The translations under genes were made by a program, and so were the position numbers. Under the pieces are notes generated by a model, which was not told the DNA's origin, did no database searches, and saw nothing but the letters and a program-made list of their open reading frames with translations. From positions 55,507 through 119,506 of the forward strand of contig CAVUAQ010000005.1 in the NCBI GenBank assembly GCA_963739575.1: DNA of 64,000 bases, in the 5' to 3' direction. This DNA is from an uncultured Alphaproteobacteria bacterium (GTDB lineage: Bacteria > Pseudomonadota > Alphaproteobacteria > Rhodobacterales > Rhodobacteraceae). Positions 19,891 to 31,408 of this stretch are shown here, piece after piece (position 1 is the first letter of the stretch; each line of letters begins with the position of its first letter).

Positions 19891-20748
19891 ATGACCCGCA
19901 TCTCTTTCGAGTTCTTTCCGCCGAAATCGCTCCAGGCATCGTTCCGGCTCTGGGACACGCTCAACACGCTGGCGCCGCTCGCTCCCGATCTGGTCTCGGT
20001 CACCTATGGCGCCGGCGGCACGACCCGGCAGCTCACCCACGAGGCGGTGACGACGATCAGCCAGTCGACCGGCCTCAGGGTCGCCGCGCACCTGACCTGC
20101 GTCGAGGCGAGCCGCGAGGAGACGATGGAGATCGCCGAGAGCTATGCCAGCGCCGGCATCACCGACATCGTGGCGCTGAGGGGTGACATGCCGGGCGGCG
20201 GCGCGTTCGCCCCCCACCCGCAAGGGTTCCGCAGCAGCGTCGAGCTGATCGAGGCGCTGGCCGCGACCGGCCGGTTCACGCTCCATGTCGGCGCCTATCC
20301 CGACCGCCACCCCGAGGCGGCGAGCGCCGATGCCGATGTCGACTATCTCAAGCGCAAGATCGACGGCGGCGCCAGCGAGGCCATCACCCAGTTCTTCTTC
20401 GAGGCCGAGACGTTCCTGCGCTTCCGCGACCGCTGCACGGCGGCCGGCATCGCCGCGCCGATCGTGCCGGGCATCCTGCCAATCGAGAACTGGAAGGGGG
20501 TGCGCAAGTTCGCGCTCTCCTGCGGCACGGTGATCCCCCCCTGGGTCGAACATGCCTTCGAGGCCGCCGAGCGCGACGGCCGCTCCGACCTGCTGGCCAC
20601 CGCCCTGTGCACCGAAATGTGCTCGGACCTGCTGGCCGAGGGGGTGGACGCGCTGCATTTCTACACGCTCAACAAGCCGCACCTGACGCGCGACGTCATC
20701 CACGCGCTGCGCCTCGCCCCCGATCCCGCGCTCGAGAACGTCGCCTGA
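19891..20748 (+). CDS. metF: 5,10-methylenetetrahydrofolate reductase
   Basis: SFEFFPPK, SVTYGAGG, AHLTC, ALRGD, ITQFFF, HFYTLN. Confidence 0.97.
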   Translation: MTRISFEFFPPKSLQASFRLWDTLNTLAPLAPDLVSVTYGAGGTTRQLTHEAVTTISQSTGLRVAAHLTCVEASREETMEIAESYASAGITDIVALRGDMPGGGAFAPHPQGFRSSVELIEALAATGRFTLHVGAYPDRHPEAASADADVDYLKRKIDGGASEAITQFFFEAETFLRFRDRCTAAGIAAPIVPGILPIENWKGVRKFALSCGTVIPPWVEHAFEAAERDGRSDLLATALCTEMCSDLLAEGVDALHFYTLNKPHLTRDVIHALRLAPDPALENVA

Positions 20749-20751
20749 GCG

Positions 20752-20814
20752 TGGACCGGGCGGCGTAACGGGCGGCGTATTCCCGCACCCCCTGTTACCG
20801 GCCGCCCCGGTCCA
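20752..20814. repeat. Long imperfect palindrome between metF and the ABC operon
   Basis: TGGACCGGG/CCCGGTCCA, CGGC/GCCG and GTAACGGG/CCTGTTAC nested stems. Confidence 0.65.
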
Positions 20815-20827
20815 TAGATCACGGTTC

Positions 20828-21495
<668 letters not shown>

Positions 21496-21499
<4 letters not shown>

Positions 21500-23895
21500 T
21501 CGGCGCCGGGCTCGGCGCGCTGCTGTCGCACTGGCGGCGGCGGCCGTTCCAGCTTCTGACCCTGCTTGTGGGTCTCGCCACCGCCACGGCGCTCTGGTCC
21601 GGCGTGCAGGCGATCAACGCCGAGGCGCGCAAGAGCTACGACCGCGCCGCCCAGGGCGTGACCGCCAGCGCGCGCGAGGTGCTGACCGCCCCCGGGGGCG
21701 TCGATCAGGCGACCTACGTGGCGCTGCGCCGCGCAGGCTGGCAGGTCACGCCGCTGCTCGAGGGAGAGATCGACACGCCGGCGGGGCCGCTGCGGATCCT
21801 CGGCATCGACGCCTTCACCCTGCCGCCGGCCGATCTGCCGCTGACCGAGGCCCGCGATGACGGCGCCACCAACTTCCTGACGCCGCCGGGCGAGTTGCTC
21901 GTCGCGCCCGAGACCGCCCGCGCCCTGGCCGAGGCCGACCTGCCGCCCCGGCTCGCCGCGCAGGGCGTGCCGCCCGGCACCGCCTATGCCGACATGGGCA
22001 CCGCCCAGCGCCTCCTCGACCGGCCGGACGATGTGGGCCGGCTTCTCGTCATCGCGGCCCCCTCCCGCACCGCGCCGCCGCTCGATCAGGTGGCGCCCGG
22101 CCTCACCCGGCAGGAGCCCGAGGGCGCCGGCGATATCGGCCGCCTGACCGACAGCTTCCATCTCAACCTGACGGCCTTCGGGCTTTTGTCCTTCGCGGTC
22201 GGGCTCTTCATCGTGCGGGGCGCCATCGGCCTCGCCTTCGAACAGCGCCGGCAGGTCTTCCGCACGCTCCGCGCGCTCGGCCTGTCGCGCCGCCTGCTGC
22301 TCGTTCTGCTGTCGGCCGAACTTCTGGTGCTGGCTCTCTTCGCCGGCGCCATCGGCGTGGCACTCGGCTGGCTGATCGCGACGCTGCTGCTGCCCGACGT
22401 CGCCGCCACGCTGCGCGGCCTCTACGGCGCCGAGGTGGAGGGCGCGCTGACCCTCGCCCCCGTCTGGTGGCTCTCGGGCCTCGGCATCGCGGTCCTCGGC
22501 ACCGCCGTCGCCGCCGCCGCCTCGCTGTGGCAGACCGCCCGGCTGCCGCTTCTTGCCCCGGCGCAGCCGCGCGCCTGGGCGCGCGCCTCCGAGGCGTCGA
22601 TGCGCTGGCAGGCGGCGGCGGCCGGGCTCTGCCTTGCCGGCGGCCTCGCCGCAGGTCTTCTGGGATCGTCCCTCGCCGCCGGATTCGCGCTTCTGGGCGG
22701 GCTGCTCCTCGCCGCGGCGCTGGCGCTGCCTCTGGTGCTGAACGGCGTCCTCGCGCTTCTGGCCCGCGGCGCGCGCAGCGCCCGCGCCGAATGGTTCTGG
22801 GCCGACACCCGGCAACAGCTTCCGGGCCTGTCGCTGGCGCTCGCGGCGCTTCTGCTGGCGCTGGCCGCCAATATCGGCGTCGGCACGATGGTCGCCTCGT
22901 TCCGCATGACCTTCACCGGCTGGCTCGACCAGCGGCTCGCGGCCGAGCTCTACGTGCGCGCCGAGACCGAGGATCAGGCGCAGCGCATCGCCGATTTCGT
23001 CACCCCGCGCGTCGATGCCGTCCTGCCGATCCGCTCCGTCGGGATGGAACTCGGCGGGATCCGGGGCCAGCTCGTGGGCGTCGCCGACGACCCGACCTAT
23101 TCGCGCAACTGGCCCCTCATCGCCGCCCGACGCGATGTCTGGGAAGACGTCGACGCCGGCGCTGCGGTGCTCGTCAACGAACAGCTCGCCCGGCGCGAGC
23201 GGCTGTGGCCCGGCGACACCGTCGATCTCGACGGCTGGCAGGCGCCGATCGCAGGGGTCTACAGCGATTACGGCAATCCGCGCCCCGAGGTGATGATGGG
23301 CCTCGCCCGCTTCGACCGTGCCCACCCCGAGGCATTGCGCCTGCGCTACAGCCTCCGGCTGGACCCTGCGGATGTCGACGCGCTGCGCCGCACGCTCATC
23401 GAACGGTTCGACCTGCCGCCCGGCAACGTCACCGACCAGGCCTCGGTCAAGTCGCTTTCGATCGCCGTCTTCGACCGCACCTTCACGGTGACCGGCGCCC
23501 TCAACGTGCTGACGCTCGGGGTGGCCGGTCTCGCCATCCTCACCTCGCTCCTGACCCTCTCGACCATGCGCCTGCCGCAACTGGCGCCGGTCTGGGCGCT
23601 CGGGCTCACGCGCGGCCGGCTGGCGCGGCTCGAATTGCTGCGCGCGCTGCTGCTCGCCGGCCTCACCTTCGTCGCGGCGCTGCCGGTGGGGCTGGCGCTG
23701 GCCTGGGTGCTGCTGTCGGTCATCAACGTCCAGGCCTTCGGCTGGAAGCTGCCGCTGCATCTCTTTCCGCTCGACTGGCTGCGGCTTCTGGGCCTCTCGG
23801 CCATCGCCGCCGCCCTGGCCGCCGCGCTGCCGGCGCGCCGGCTGGCACGGATGCCGCCTTCGGAACTCCTCAAGGTCTTCGCCCATGAACGCTAG
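21496..23895 (+). CDS. FtsX-type ABC permease, AttF/G-like
   Basis: ATG 21496 overlaps the ATPase stop; two FtsX-like TM blocks; LTDSFHLNL, FGWKLP. Confidence 0.88.
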
Positions 23896-24964
23896 ACGCA
23901 CGCCGCCGCGGCCGCTCTCGGGCCGGATCGCGCGCCGCACGCTCCTCGCCTGCGCGCTCCCCGCTCTGGCGCGCGCGCAGGGCTTCGCCGGGCTCGGCGA
24001 CGGCACCGGCGATTTCGCCGATCCCCGGCCCGGCCGCGGCTTCACCTTCCCGGCCGATCACGGGCCGCATCCCGATTACCGCATCGAATGGTGGTACCTG
24101 ACCGCCAATCTCGACGGACCGGACGGCGCCCCCTATGGCATCCAGTGGACGCTGTTCCGCTCGGCGCTCTCGACCGCCGAGCGGACCGGCTGGGCGACGC
24201 CGCAGGTCTGGCTCGGGCACGCCGCGCTGACCACCGCCGACAGCCACCGCGCCGCCGAGCGGTTGGCCCGCGGCGGCATCGGCACTGCGGGCGTCACCGT
24301 CCGCCCCTTCGCGGCCTGGATCGACGAATGGTCGATGGCGGGGCCGCAGCTGTCGGACGTGCGCCTCACCGCCGCGGCCCAGGACTGGTCCTACGACCTG
24401 GCGCTCGTCACCGACAAGCCCTTCGTGCCGCAGGGCGAGAACGGCTATTCGGTCAAGTCGGCGGCGGGCCAGGCGAGCTATTACTACTCGCAGCCCTTCT
24501 ACGCCGTCTCGGGCACCCTGGCGCTGCCCGACCGCGAGGTGGCGGTCACCGGGCGGGCATGGCTCGACCGCGAATGGTCGTCCTCGCCCCTGGCCGAGAC
24601 GCAGACCGGCTGGGACTGGTTCTCGCTACATCTCGGAGGCGGCGAGAAGGTGATGGGCTTCCGCCTCAGGGACACGGACGGGCCGCCCTTTACCTCGGCG
24701 ACCTGGATCGCGCCCGACGGCACCCCCTTGCCGGTGGGCGACGGCGCCTTCGCCGCCGAACCGCTCGAGACGGCGCCGGTCGCGGGACGCGACGTGCCGG
24801 TGCGCTGGCGCGTGCGGCTGCCCGAGCGCGGTCTCGACGCCGAGGTGGCGGCCATCAACCCGTCCTGCTGGATGGATCTGGGCTATGCCTATTGGGAGGG
24901 TCCGGTGCGGGTCTCGGGCAGCCATGATGGCGTCGGATATCTGGAGATGACAGGGTATGAGTGA
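23885..24964 (+). CDS. AttH/CrtC-like lipocalin-fold secreted protein
   Basis: FPADHGPHPDYRIEWWY, SYYYSQP, WLDREWSS, WDWFS, YWEGP, GYLEMTGY. Confidence 0.88.
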   Translation: MNARRTPPRPLSGRIARRTLLACALPALARAQGFAGLGDGTGDFADPRPGRGFTFPADHGPHPDYRIEWWYLTANLDGPDGAPYGIQWTLFRSALSTAERTGWATPQVWLGHAALTTADSHRAAERLARGGIGTAGVTVRPFAAWIDEWSMAGPQLSDVRLTAAAQDWSYDLALVTDKPFVPQGENGYSVKSAAGQASYYYSQPFYAVSGTLALPDREVAVTGRAWLDREWSSSPLAETQTGWDWFSLHLGGGEKVMGFRLRDTDGPPFTSATWIAPDGTPLPVGDGAFAAEPLETAPVAGRDVPVRWRVRLPERGLDAEVAAINPSCWMDLGYAYWEGPVRVSGSHDGVGYLEMTGYE

Positions 24965-25511
24965 CTGGTTCGAGACGCTCGAAGGGATCTGGGAGCAGAG
25001 CTGGAGCCTCCTCGAGGCCGCCGCGCGCGATGCCGGGAGCGCCGCGCATACCGGTGCGCTCGCAAGCCGCGGCCTCGGCGGCGGCGGCGAGGCGCGGATG
25101 GTGGTCCTGCGCGGCGCCGACCGGCGGGCGGCGCGGCTCGAGATCCATACCGACCGCGCCTCCCGCAAGGCCCAGGAGATCGCCGCCGATCCGCTGGTCA
25201 CGCTGCTCTTCTGGGTGCCGGACCGGTCGCTGCAGATCCGCGCGCGCGCCCGCGCCACCCTTCTGACCGACGACACCCAGGCGACATGGGAGACCCTGTC
25301 GGAAAGCGCGCGCCGCAATTACGGCGGCCAGCCACCCCCCTCCACACCGCTCGCCAGCGCCGAGGATCACGCCAAGACGGCCGAGCGCGACCGCTTCGCC
25401 ATCCTCTCGGCGCGCCTCACGTCGCTCGACGCGCTGCATCTGGGCTCCCGCCACCGCCGCGCGATTTACGAGCGCGAGCGGGATTTCGCGGGGATGTGGC
25501 TGGCCCCCTGA
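24957..25511 (+). CDS. Pyridoxamine 5'-phosphate oxidase-like FMN-binding protein
   Basis: ARMVVLR, HTDRASRK, LQIR, HRRA, WLAP. Confidence 0.82.
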   Translation: MSDWFETLEGIWEQSWSLLEAAARDAGSAAHTGALASRGLGGGGEARMVVLRGADRRAARLEIHTDRASRKAQEIAADPLVTLLFWVPDRSLQIRARARATLLTDDTQATWETLSESARRNYGGQPPPSTPLASAEDHAKTAERDRFAILSARLTSLDALHLGSRHRRAIYERERDFAGMWLAP

Positions 25512-25551
25512 GCGCCGCCGGGCTATCCGCGGCAGCGCGAAAGGAGCCCTG

Positions 25552-27714
25552 ATGCACGCGACCCTGCCTGCGACCTGCGACATCGTCCTGATCGGCGGTG
25601 GCCACACCCACGCGCTGCTGCTGCGCCGCTGGGGCATGAACGGGCTCGCCGGCACCCGGCTGACGCTGATCAATCCGGGCCCCACCGCCCCCTATACCGG
25701 CATGCTGCCGGGCTTCGTCGCCGGTCACTATACGCGCGACGAGCTCGACATCGACCTGGTGCGGCTGGCGCGGTTCGCGGGCGCCCGGCTGATCCTCGGC
25801 CGCGCCACCGCCATCGACCGCCAGGCGAACCGCATCGCCATCGACGACCAGATCCTCGGTGCGCGCAGCATCGGCTACGATCTGGCCTCGCTCGACATCG
25901 GCATCCATTCGCACATGTCCGATCTGCCGGGCTTCGCCGAACACGCCGTGGCCGCCAAGCCCCTGGGCCGCTTCGCCGATGCCTGGGCGCGGCACCGGCG
26001 CGCCGGCGATCCCGCGGCCGGCATGGCGGTTCTGGGCGGCGGCGTCGGCGGTGTCGAGCTCGCCATGGCCATGCGGCATGGGCTGGGCGGCGGCGCGGGC
26101 ACAGGCGCCGTCACCGTGATCGACAGCGGCCAGGCCCTCTCGGGACTGGGCGAGCGGGCGCGGGCGCGGCTTCTGGCCGAGCTCGAGCGCAACCGCGTCA
26201 CCCTGATCGAAGGCGCCCGCGCCTCCCGCATCACCGCCCAAGGCGTCGATCTGGCCGACGGGCGGCACGTTCCCGCGGCCTTCGTCACCGGTGCGGCCGG
26301 CGCCCGGCCGCATGGCTGGCTCGCCGCGACCGGGCTCGACCTGACCGATGGCCACGTCACCGTCTCCGACCGGCTGCAAAGCTCCGACGAGGCGATCTTC
26401 GCCGCCGGCGATTGCGCCCATCTCGCCCACGCGCCGCGCCCCAAGGCGGGCGTCTTCGCGGTGCGCGAGGCCCCGGTCCTGCACCACAACCTGCGATCCG
26501 CCGCCTCGGGCGGTGAGCTCCGTCGCTACACCCCGCAGAAACACTACCTGAAACTCGTCTCGACCGGGCGCCGCTCCGCGGTCGCCGAAAGGGCGGGCCT
26601 CGCCGTCTCGGGGGACCTGCTCTGGCGCTGGAAGGACCGGATCGACCGGGCCTTCATGCGCAAGCTCGACGATCTCTCCCCCATGCCCGCGCCGGCGCTG
26701 CCGCGCCGCCGCACCCTCGGGCTCGAGGCCCATGCCGGTCAAGAGCCCTGCGGCGGCTGCGCCGCCAAGGTCGGGCGCGGCACCCTCGCCCGGGCGCTCG
26801 CGGCGCTGCCGCAGGTCGCGGGCCCAGAGGTCGAGACCGGCGCCGGCGACGACGCGGCGATCCTGCGGATGGGCGACGTGCGGCAGGTACTGACCGTCGA
26901 TCAGCTCCGCGCCGTCACCGAGGATCCGGCGCTGATGGCCTGGATCGCCGCCCACCACGCCTTGGGCGATTGTCTCGCCATGGGCGCCACGCCGCAGGCG
27001 GCGCTCTCGGTCCTGACGCTGCCGCGGCTCTCGCCCCGGCTCGAGGCGCGCATGCTGGCCGAGATCACCGCCGCCGCCGGCGCCGCCTTCGAGGCCGCCG
27101 GGGCAGCGGTGGTGGGCGGCCATTCCGCCACCGGGCCGGAGCTGCAACTGGGCTTCGTCGTGACCGGCCGTCTCGACGGCGCGGCGACGCCGCTCTCGGG
27201 TGCCCGGCCGGGCGACGCTCTGATCCTCACCAAGCCGCTCGGCACCGGCATCCTTCTGGCCGCCGAGATGCAGCTCGCCGCCCGCGGTGCCGATGTCGCC
27301 GCGACGCTGCGCTCCATGGCCACGCCGCAGATCCGCGCCGTCCGGTGCCTCGCCCGCGCCCATGCGATGACCGACGTGACCGGCTTCGGCCTCGCCGGTC
27401 ACCTCATGGGGCTCTGCGAGGCCTCCGCCGTGTCGGCCGATCTCGATCTGGCGGCGCTGCCGCTTCTGCCAGGTGCGGCGGCCCTCCTGCGCGCCGGCAT
27501 CCGCTCGACGCTGCATGTGCAGAACCGCGAGGTCGCGGCGCTGATGCGGCTGCCCGACGACCCGCTCTGCGAGATCCTCTTCGATCCGCAGACGGCGGGC
27601 GGCCTTCTGGCCGCGCTCCCCGAAGACGCGGTCGAGCCGGTGCTGGGCGATCTGCCCGAAGCGCGCCGCATCGGCACCCTCGCCGCCGGCCCCCCGGCGA
27701 TCCGCATCGGCTGA
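25552..27714 (+). CDS. selD: Selenide,water dikinase fused to an N-terminal pyridine nucleotide-disulfide oxidoreductase domain
   Basis: IGGGHTH, YTGMLPG, GGGVGGVE, FAAGDC; then CGGCAAK, GDDAA, LTKPLGTG, TDVTGFGL, DPQTAGGLL. Confidence 0.93.
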   Translation: MHATLPATCDIVLIGGGHTHALLLRRWGMNGLAGTRLTLINPGPTAPYTGMLPGFVAGHYTRDELDIDLVRLARFAGARLILGRATAIDRQANRIAIDDQILGARSIGYDLASLDIGIHSHMSDLPGFAEHAVAAKPLGRFADAWARHRRAGDPAAGMAVLGGGVGGVELAMAMRHGLGGGAGTGAVTVIDSGQALSGLGERARARLLAELERNRVTLIEGARASRITAQGVDLADGRHVPAAFVTGAAGARPHGWLAATGLDLTDGHVTVSDRLQSSDEAIFAAGDCAHLAHAPRPKAGVFAVREAPVLHHNLRSAASGGELRRYTPQKHYLKLVSTGRRSAVAERAGLAVSGDLLWRWKDRIDRAFMRKLDDLSPMPAPALPRRRTLGLEAHAGQEPCGGCAAKVGRGTLARALAALPQVAGPEVETGAGDDAAILRMGDVRQVLTVDQLRAVTEDPALMAWIAAHHALGDCLAMGATPQAALSVLTLPRLSPRLEARMLAEITAAAGAAFEAAGAAVVGGHSATGPELQLGFVVTGRLDGAATPLSGARPGDALILTKPLGTGILLAAEMQLAARGADVAATLRSMATPQIRAVRCLARAHAMTDVTGFGLAGHLMGLCEASAVSADLDLAALPLLPGAAALLRAGIRSTLHVQNREVAALMRLPDDPLCEILFDPQTAGGLLAALPEDAVEPVLGDLPEARRIGTLAAGPPAIRIG

Positions 27715-27723
27715 GCCGGCCGG

Positions 27724-28791
27724 TCAGCGATCCGCCCCGAACCTCTCTTCGACGAGCCCGACGAGCCCTGCCGACAGGCGCTCGATCTCGGCCGCGTCGA
27801 GCCGCTCGGCCTGCAGCGTCGCGACCGGGGCGCGCTCCCCCTGGCTGCGCTGCTGCTTGGCATAGCGGGGGTCGTAATGCTGCTCGATGAGCTCCGCGGC
27901 CAGCGCCTCGATGCGCCGGGCCGCCGCCAGATCGCGCCAGTGCTCGACCCGGTCATGCCCCTGCAGCCGCGTCAGCTGGCCCAGCACGCGGTCGAGCCGG
28001 GCGGGATCCTCCACCATGTCGGCATAGGCCCGCGCCAGATACGCCGCCCGCACCGCCACCGGCGCCGCCACCGCGACCCGTGGCGCCCGCCCCATCGCCG
28101 CCCACAGCGCCGGCGGCACGACGCGCTCGCCGATCTTCGACAATTCGGCCTCGACGATGACGGGCCGGTCCGGGTCGAGCCGCCGCACCCGGTCGCTCAG
28201 GGCCGATTCGAAGCGCTTCTGCGCGGGCTGCGGCCCCATCGCGCCGAACAGCGATCCGCGGTGGTTGGCCAGCCCCTCGAGATCGAGGATCTGCGCCCCC
28301 GCCCGCGCCGCGCCGCGCAGGATCTCGGTCTTGGCGGTGCCGGTGAACCCGTCGAGCAGGACCACCGGCGCCGGGAAGGGGGTGTCGTAAAGCTGCCGCT
28401 TCACCAGCGTGCGGTAGCTCCGATAGCCGCCGTCGATGACCTCGGCGCGCCAGCCGATCTGCGCCAGGATCGAGGCGAAGGAATTGGAGCGCTGCCCGCC
28501 CCGCCAGCAATAGATCAGCGGCCGCCAGCCGCCGTCATGGCCCGCCAGGGGCCCCTCGATATGCGCCGCGGCGTTGCGCGCCACCAGCGCCGCGCCGATC
28601 TTGCGCGCCAGAAAGGCGCTCTTCTGCACATAGATCGTGCCGACCCGGGCCCGCTCCGCATCGTCCAGAACCGGCAGGTTGATCGCGCCCGGCACGTGGT
28701 CCTCGGCAAATTCCGACGGCGAGCGCACGTCGATGACGGTATCGAAGGGCGCGGCATCGAGCGCCTCGAGCGAGTCGGGAAGGAACGCCAT
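27724..28791 (-). CDS. mnmH: tRNA 2-selenouridine synthase
   Basis: Rhodanese domain IDVRSPSEF, YCWRGGQRS; P-loop GFTGTAKT; DLEGLANHRGS. Confidence 0.95.
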   Translation of the reverse strand: MAFLPDSLEALDAAPFDTVIDVRSPSEFAEDHVPGAINLPVLDDAERARVGTIYVQKSAFLARKIGAALVARNAAAHIEGPLAGHDGGWRPLIYCWRGGQRSNSFASILAQIGWRAEVIDGGYRSYRTLVKRQLYDTPFPAPVVLLDGFTGTAKTEILRGAARAGAQILDLEGLANHRGSLFGAMGPQPAQKRFESALSDRVRRLDPDRPVIVEAELSKIGERVVPPALWAAMGRAPRVAVAAPVAVRAAYLARAYADMVEDPARLDRVLGQLTRLQGHDRVEHWRDLAAARRIEALAAELIEQHYDPRYAKQQRSQGERAPVATLQAERLDAAEIERLSAGLVGLVEERFGADR

Positions 28792-28954
28792 GGCGCGGCG
28801 ATAGCCGCTGGCGCGGCGCTTGCCCAGCCGGATCGATCCAATTCTCGCAAAACCCGGTCTTGCCCCGCACCCGTCGACATGGTTCGGATCGAACGGCGCG
28901 CGGCCGACCCGGTCGCCGCCGCGTCTGTGTCAGTTCACGCCCGGAGCCCGCCCC

Positions 28955-29755
28955 ATGTCGTTTGTGTTTCGCTCCCTCGTTGCCGCGCTCGTCGCGCTCC
29001 TGCCGCTGGCCGCTGCCGCCGCTCCCTGTTTCAACGACGGCAGTCGCTACGCCCAATGGAAGGCCGACTTCGCCCGCGAGGCCAACGCCGCGGGCGTCGG
29101 GCCCCGCGGGCTCGCGGCCCTTGGCGCCAGCAGCTATTCGGCGCGCACCATCGCCGCCGACCGCAACCAGAAAAGCTTCCGCTACGGCCTCGACCGCTTT
29201 CTGGAGATCCGCGGCGCCGATACCATTGTCGCGCAGGGGCGGCAGCGTCTGGCGCGCAATCCGGGCCTCTACCGCGCGATCGAGGCGCGCTACGGCGTGC
29301 CGGCGGGCGTGCTCCTCGCGATCCACGGGATGGAGACCGGTTTCGGCGGCTTCATGGGCGACAGCCGCGTCGTCTCGTCGATCCTGACGCTCGCCTACGA
29401 TTGCCGGCGCTCGGACTTCTTCACGCCGCACGCCATCGCCGCGCTCCTGCTCGTCGATCGCGGCGCGCTCGGCCCCGACTCGGTCGGCGCGCGGCACGGC
29501 GAATGGGGCCATACGCAGTTCCTGCCGGGCAACGTGCTGCGCTACGGCGTCGACGGCAATGGCGACGGCCGGGTCGACCTCACCAACGAGATCGACGCGC
29601 TGGCCTCGACTGCCAACTTCCTGCGCCAGAAGGGCTGGCAGCCCGGCGCCGGCTACCGGCCGGGGCAGCCCAATTTCGACGTCATCCGGCAATGGAACGC
29701 GGCCAGCGTCTATCAGCAGGCGATCGCGATCATGGCCGACCGGATCGACGGCTAG
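28955..29755 (+). CDS. MltB-like lytic murein transglycosylase
   Basis: Signal peptide, GMETGFG, GEWGHTQFLP, DGNGDGRVD EF-hand, WN. Confidence 0.9.
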   Translation: MSFVFRSLVAALVALLPLAAAAAPCFNDGSRYAQWKADFAREANAAGVGPRGLAALGASSYSARTIAADRNQKSFRYGLDRFLEIRGADTIVAQGRQRLARNPGLYRAIEARYGVPAGVLLAIHGMETGFGGFMGDSRVVSSILTLAYDCRRSDFFTPHAIAALLLVDRGALGPDSVGARHGEWGHTQFLPGNVLRYGVDGNGDGRVDLTNEIDALASTANFLRQKGWQPGAGYRPGQPNFDVIRQWNAASVYQQAIAIMADRIDG

Positions 29756-30744
29756 CCCGGCGCCTCCGCGCCGTGGAAGCTGTGACAGGCGCGCCCGGCG
29801 AGCTTCGAGCGATAGAGCGCGGCATCCGCATCGGCGATCATCCGGTCGGCGTCGGGCCGATCGTAGCTCGTCGAGAGCGTGATGCCGATGCTGGCCGAGA
29901 TCCGGCAGATCCGCCCTTCATGGGGCACCGGCTCCTCCAGTTCCGCCACGATGCGCTCGGCGATCACGCGCAGCCGGTCGACCTCGACCAGACCCTCGAA
30001 GACCAGGATGAACTCGTCGCCGCCGATCCGCGCCACCGTGTCCGAGCCGCGCACGATGCCCGAGAGCCGCCACGCCACCTGCTTCAGCACCGCATCGCCC
30101 GCGGCGTGGCCGAGCGTGTCGTTCACCGCCTTGAAATAATCCAGATCGACATGGCAGAGCGCGAAGGGCGTGCCGTTCGCCATCGCCCGGTCGAGCACCC
30201 GGTCGAGCGCCCGGCGGTTGCTGAGGCCGGTCAGCGCGTCGGTCATCGCGGCCTCCTCGGCGCGCGACTTGTCGCCCTGCAGCCTGGCGATCAGCCGGTG
30301 CGTCTCGGCAAAGGCCAGATCCTTGGCCTCCAGCAGATACAGCATGTCGACCGTCGGGTCGGTCGGCGCGAAATGCTGCGCCGTCAGATCCGCACCCCCC
30401 AGATCGGCCAGATCGGAGAGGCCCAGCGCCAGGTTCAGGATCGACCGGCCACCGCCGGCCGCCACCAGATGGCCACGCAGCGACACCGGCCGCCCGGTGC
30501 GGAAGGCGATGACCAGCGGCAGCCCCTCGGCGCCGCCGAGCCGCACCGTGTCGGTCAGATCGGCGGGCCGCACCACCCGGAACGCCTCGAAGAAATCGAC
30601 CCCCAGCAACGGCCGGTCGGCGGCCAGCGCCCGCATCGCCCGCCCGGCTCCGGCGATCCGCCCGGCCGCGTCGATCCACAGATGCATCGGCATCAGCGTG
30701 TCGAGCGCCGCCGCACCGAGCCGGACGAGATCGTCGCCGCTCAC
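29752..30744 (-). CDS. Diguanylate cyclase with H-NOX-associated N-terminal domain
   Basis: GTG overlaps the H-NOX stop; DALTGLSNRR, RGSD I-site, GGDEF. Confidence 0.9.
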   Translation of the reverse strand: MSGDDLVRLGAAALDTLMPMHLWIDAAGRIAGAGRAMRALAADRPLLGVDFFEAFRVVRPADLTDTVRLGGAEGLPLVIAFRTGRPVSLRGHLVAAGGGRSILNLALGLSDLADLGGADLTAQHFAPTDPTVDMLYLLEAKDLAFAETHRLIARLQGDKSRAEEAAMTDALTGLSNRRALDRVLDRAMANGTPFALCHVDLDYFKAVNDTLGHAAGDAVLKQVAWRLSGIVRGSDTVARIGGDEFILVFEGLVEVDRLRVIAERIVAELEEPVPHEGRICRISASIGITLSTSYDRPDADRMIADADAALYRSKLAGRACHSFHGAEAPG

Positions 30745-31340
30745 CGCCGGCCTCCGCCCAGATGGAAGTCGCGCCCCGCCGAATGCTTCGACGACGGCAC
30801 CACGATCTCGATGCGATAGGGGCGGTCGGGGGCGTCGATGGTCTCGGGATCGAGATCGACGATGGCGAGCGCGCCGTAATCGTCGGCCATGGCGCGGATC
30901 GCGCCGATCACCACATGCACCGATCCAGGCGGCTCGCGCCCGCAGAACACGTCGAAAAGGCCCGGTTCGCGCTCCCGCGAGCGCAGCTCCGGCAGGTTCA
31001 GCGTCGGAAAGGCCAGTCGCGTGCGGTCGGGAAGATCGTCGAGCGTGTCGAGGAAGCGCTCGAAATCGCATCCGCCATAGCGCAACAGCCGCCGCAGCAC
31101 CGGGATCTTCGGATGCGCCACCAGGAACACCCCGAGATCCTCGAGCAGTTCCGCCCGGTCGCGCCCCAGCCGGGCGGCAGTGGCGTCGATCACCCGCTCG
31201 GTCACGTCCTCCGCATAGTCGAGCATCAGCTCGAATGTCGAGAAATCGAGCCGCGCCGATCGCACGATGTCGGCCCAGACCGTCTCGCCATAGCTGTCGC
31301 AGACGAATCGTTGCAGGCTGCGGGCGGTGACGCCGTTCAT
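30741..31340 (-). CDS. H-NOX (heme NO-binding) family protein
   Basis: N-terminal MxGxxxRSLQxFxxDxYG..W, LLEDLG, FLDTLD, AMADDYG; coupled to the DGC. Confidence 0.8.
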   Translation of the reverse strand: MNGVTARSLQRFVCDSYGETVWADIVRSARLDFSTFELMLDYAEDVTERVIDATAARLGRDRAELLEDLGVFLVAHPKIPVLRRLLRYGGCDFERFLDTLDDLPDRTRLAFPTLNLPELRSREREPGLFDVFCGREPPGSVHVVIGAIRAMADDYGALAIVDLDPETIDAPDRPYRIEIVVPSSKHSAGRDFHLGGGRR

Positions 31341-31408
31341 CTCATCTCCCTCGGCTTCGGGGCCCGGTCTAGCCCCAATGCCTTAACGTTCCCTGAGTGC
31401 CCGCCCGC

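Noticed and set aside
25552-27714. Selenocysteine recoding in selD or its neighbours
   Set aside because: selD has no in-frame TGA and its active site is CGGCAAK (Cys); no Sec machinery is in the window.
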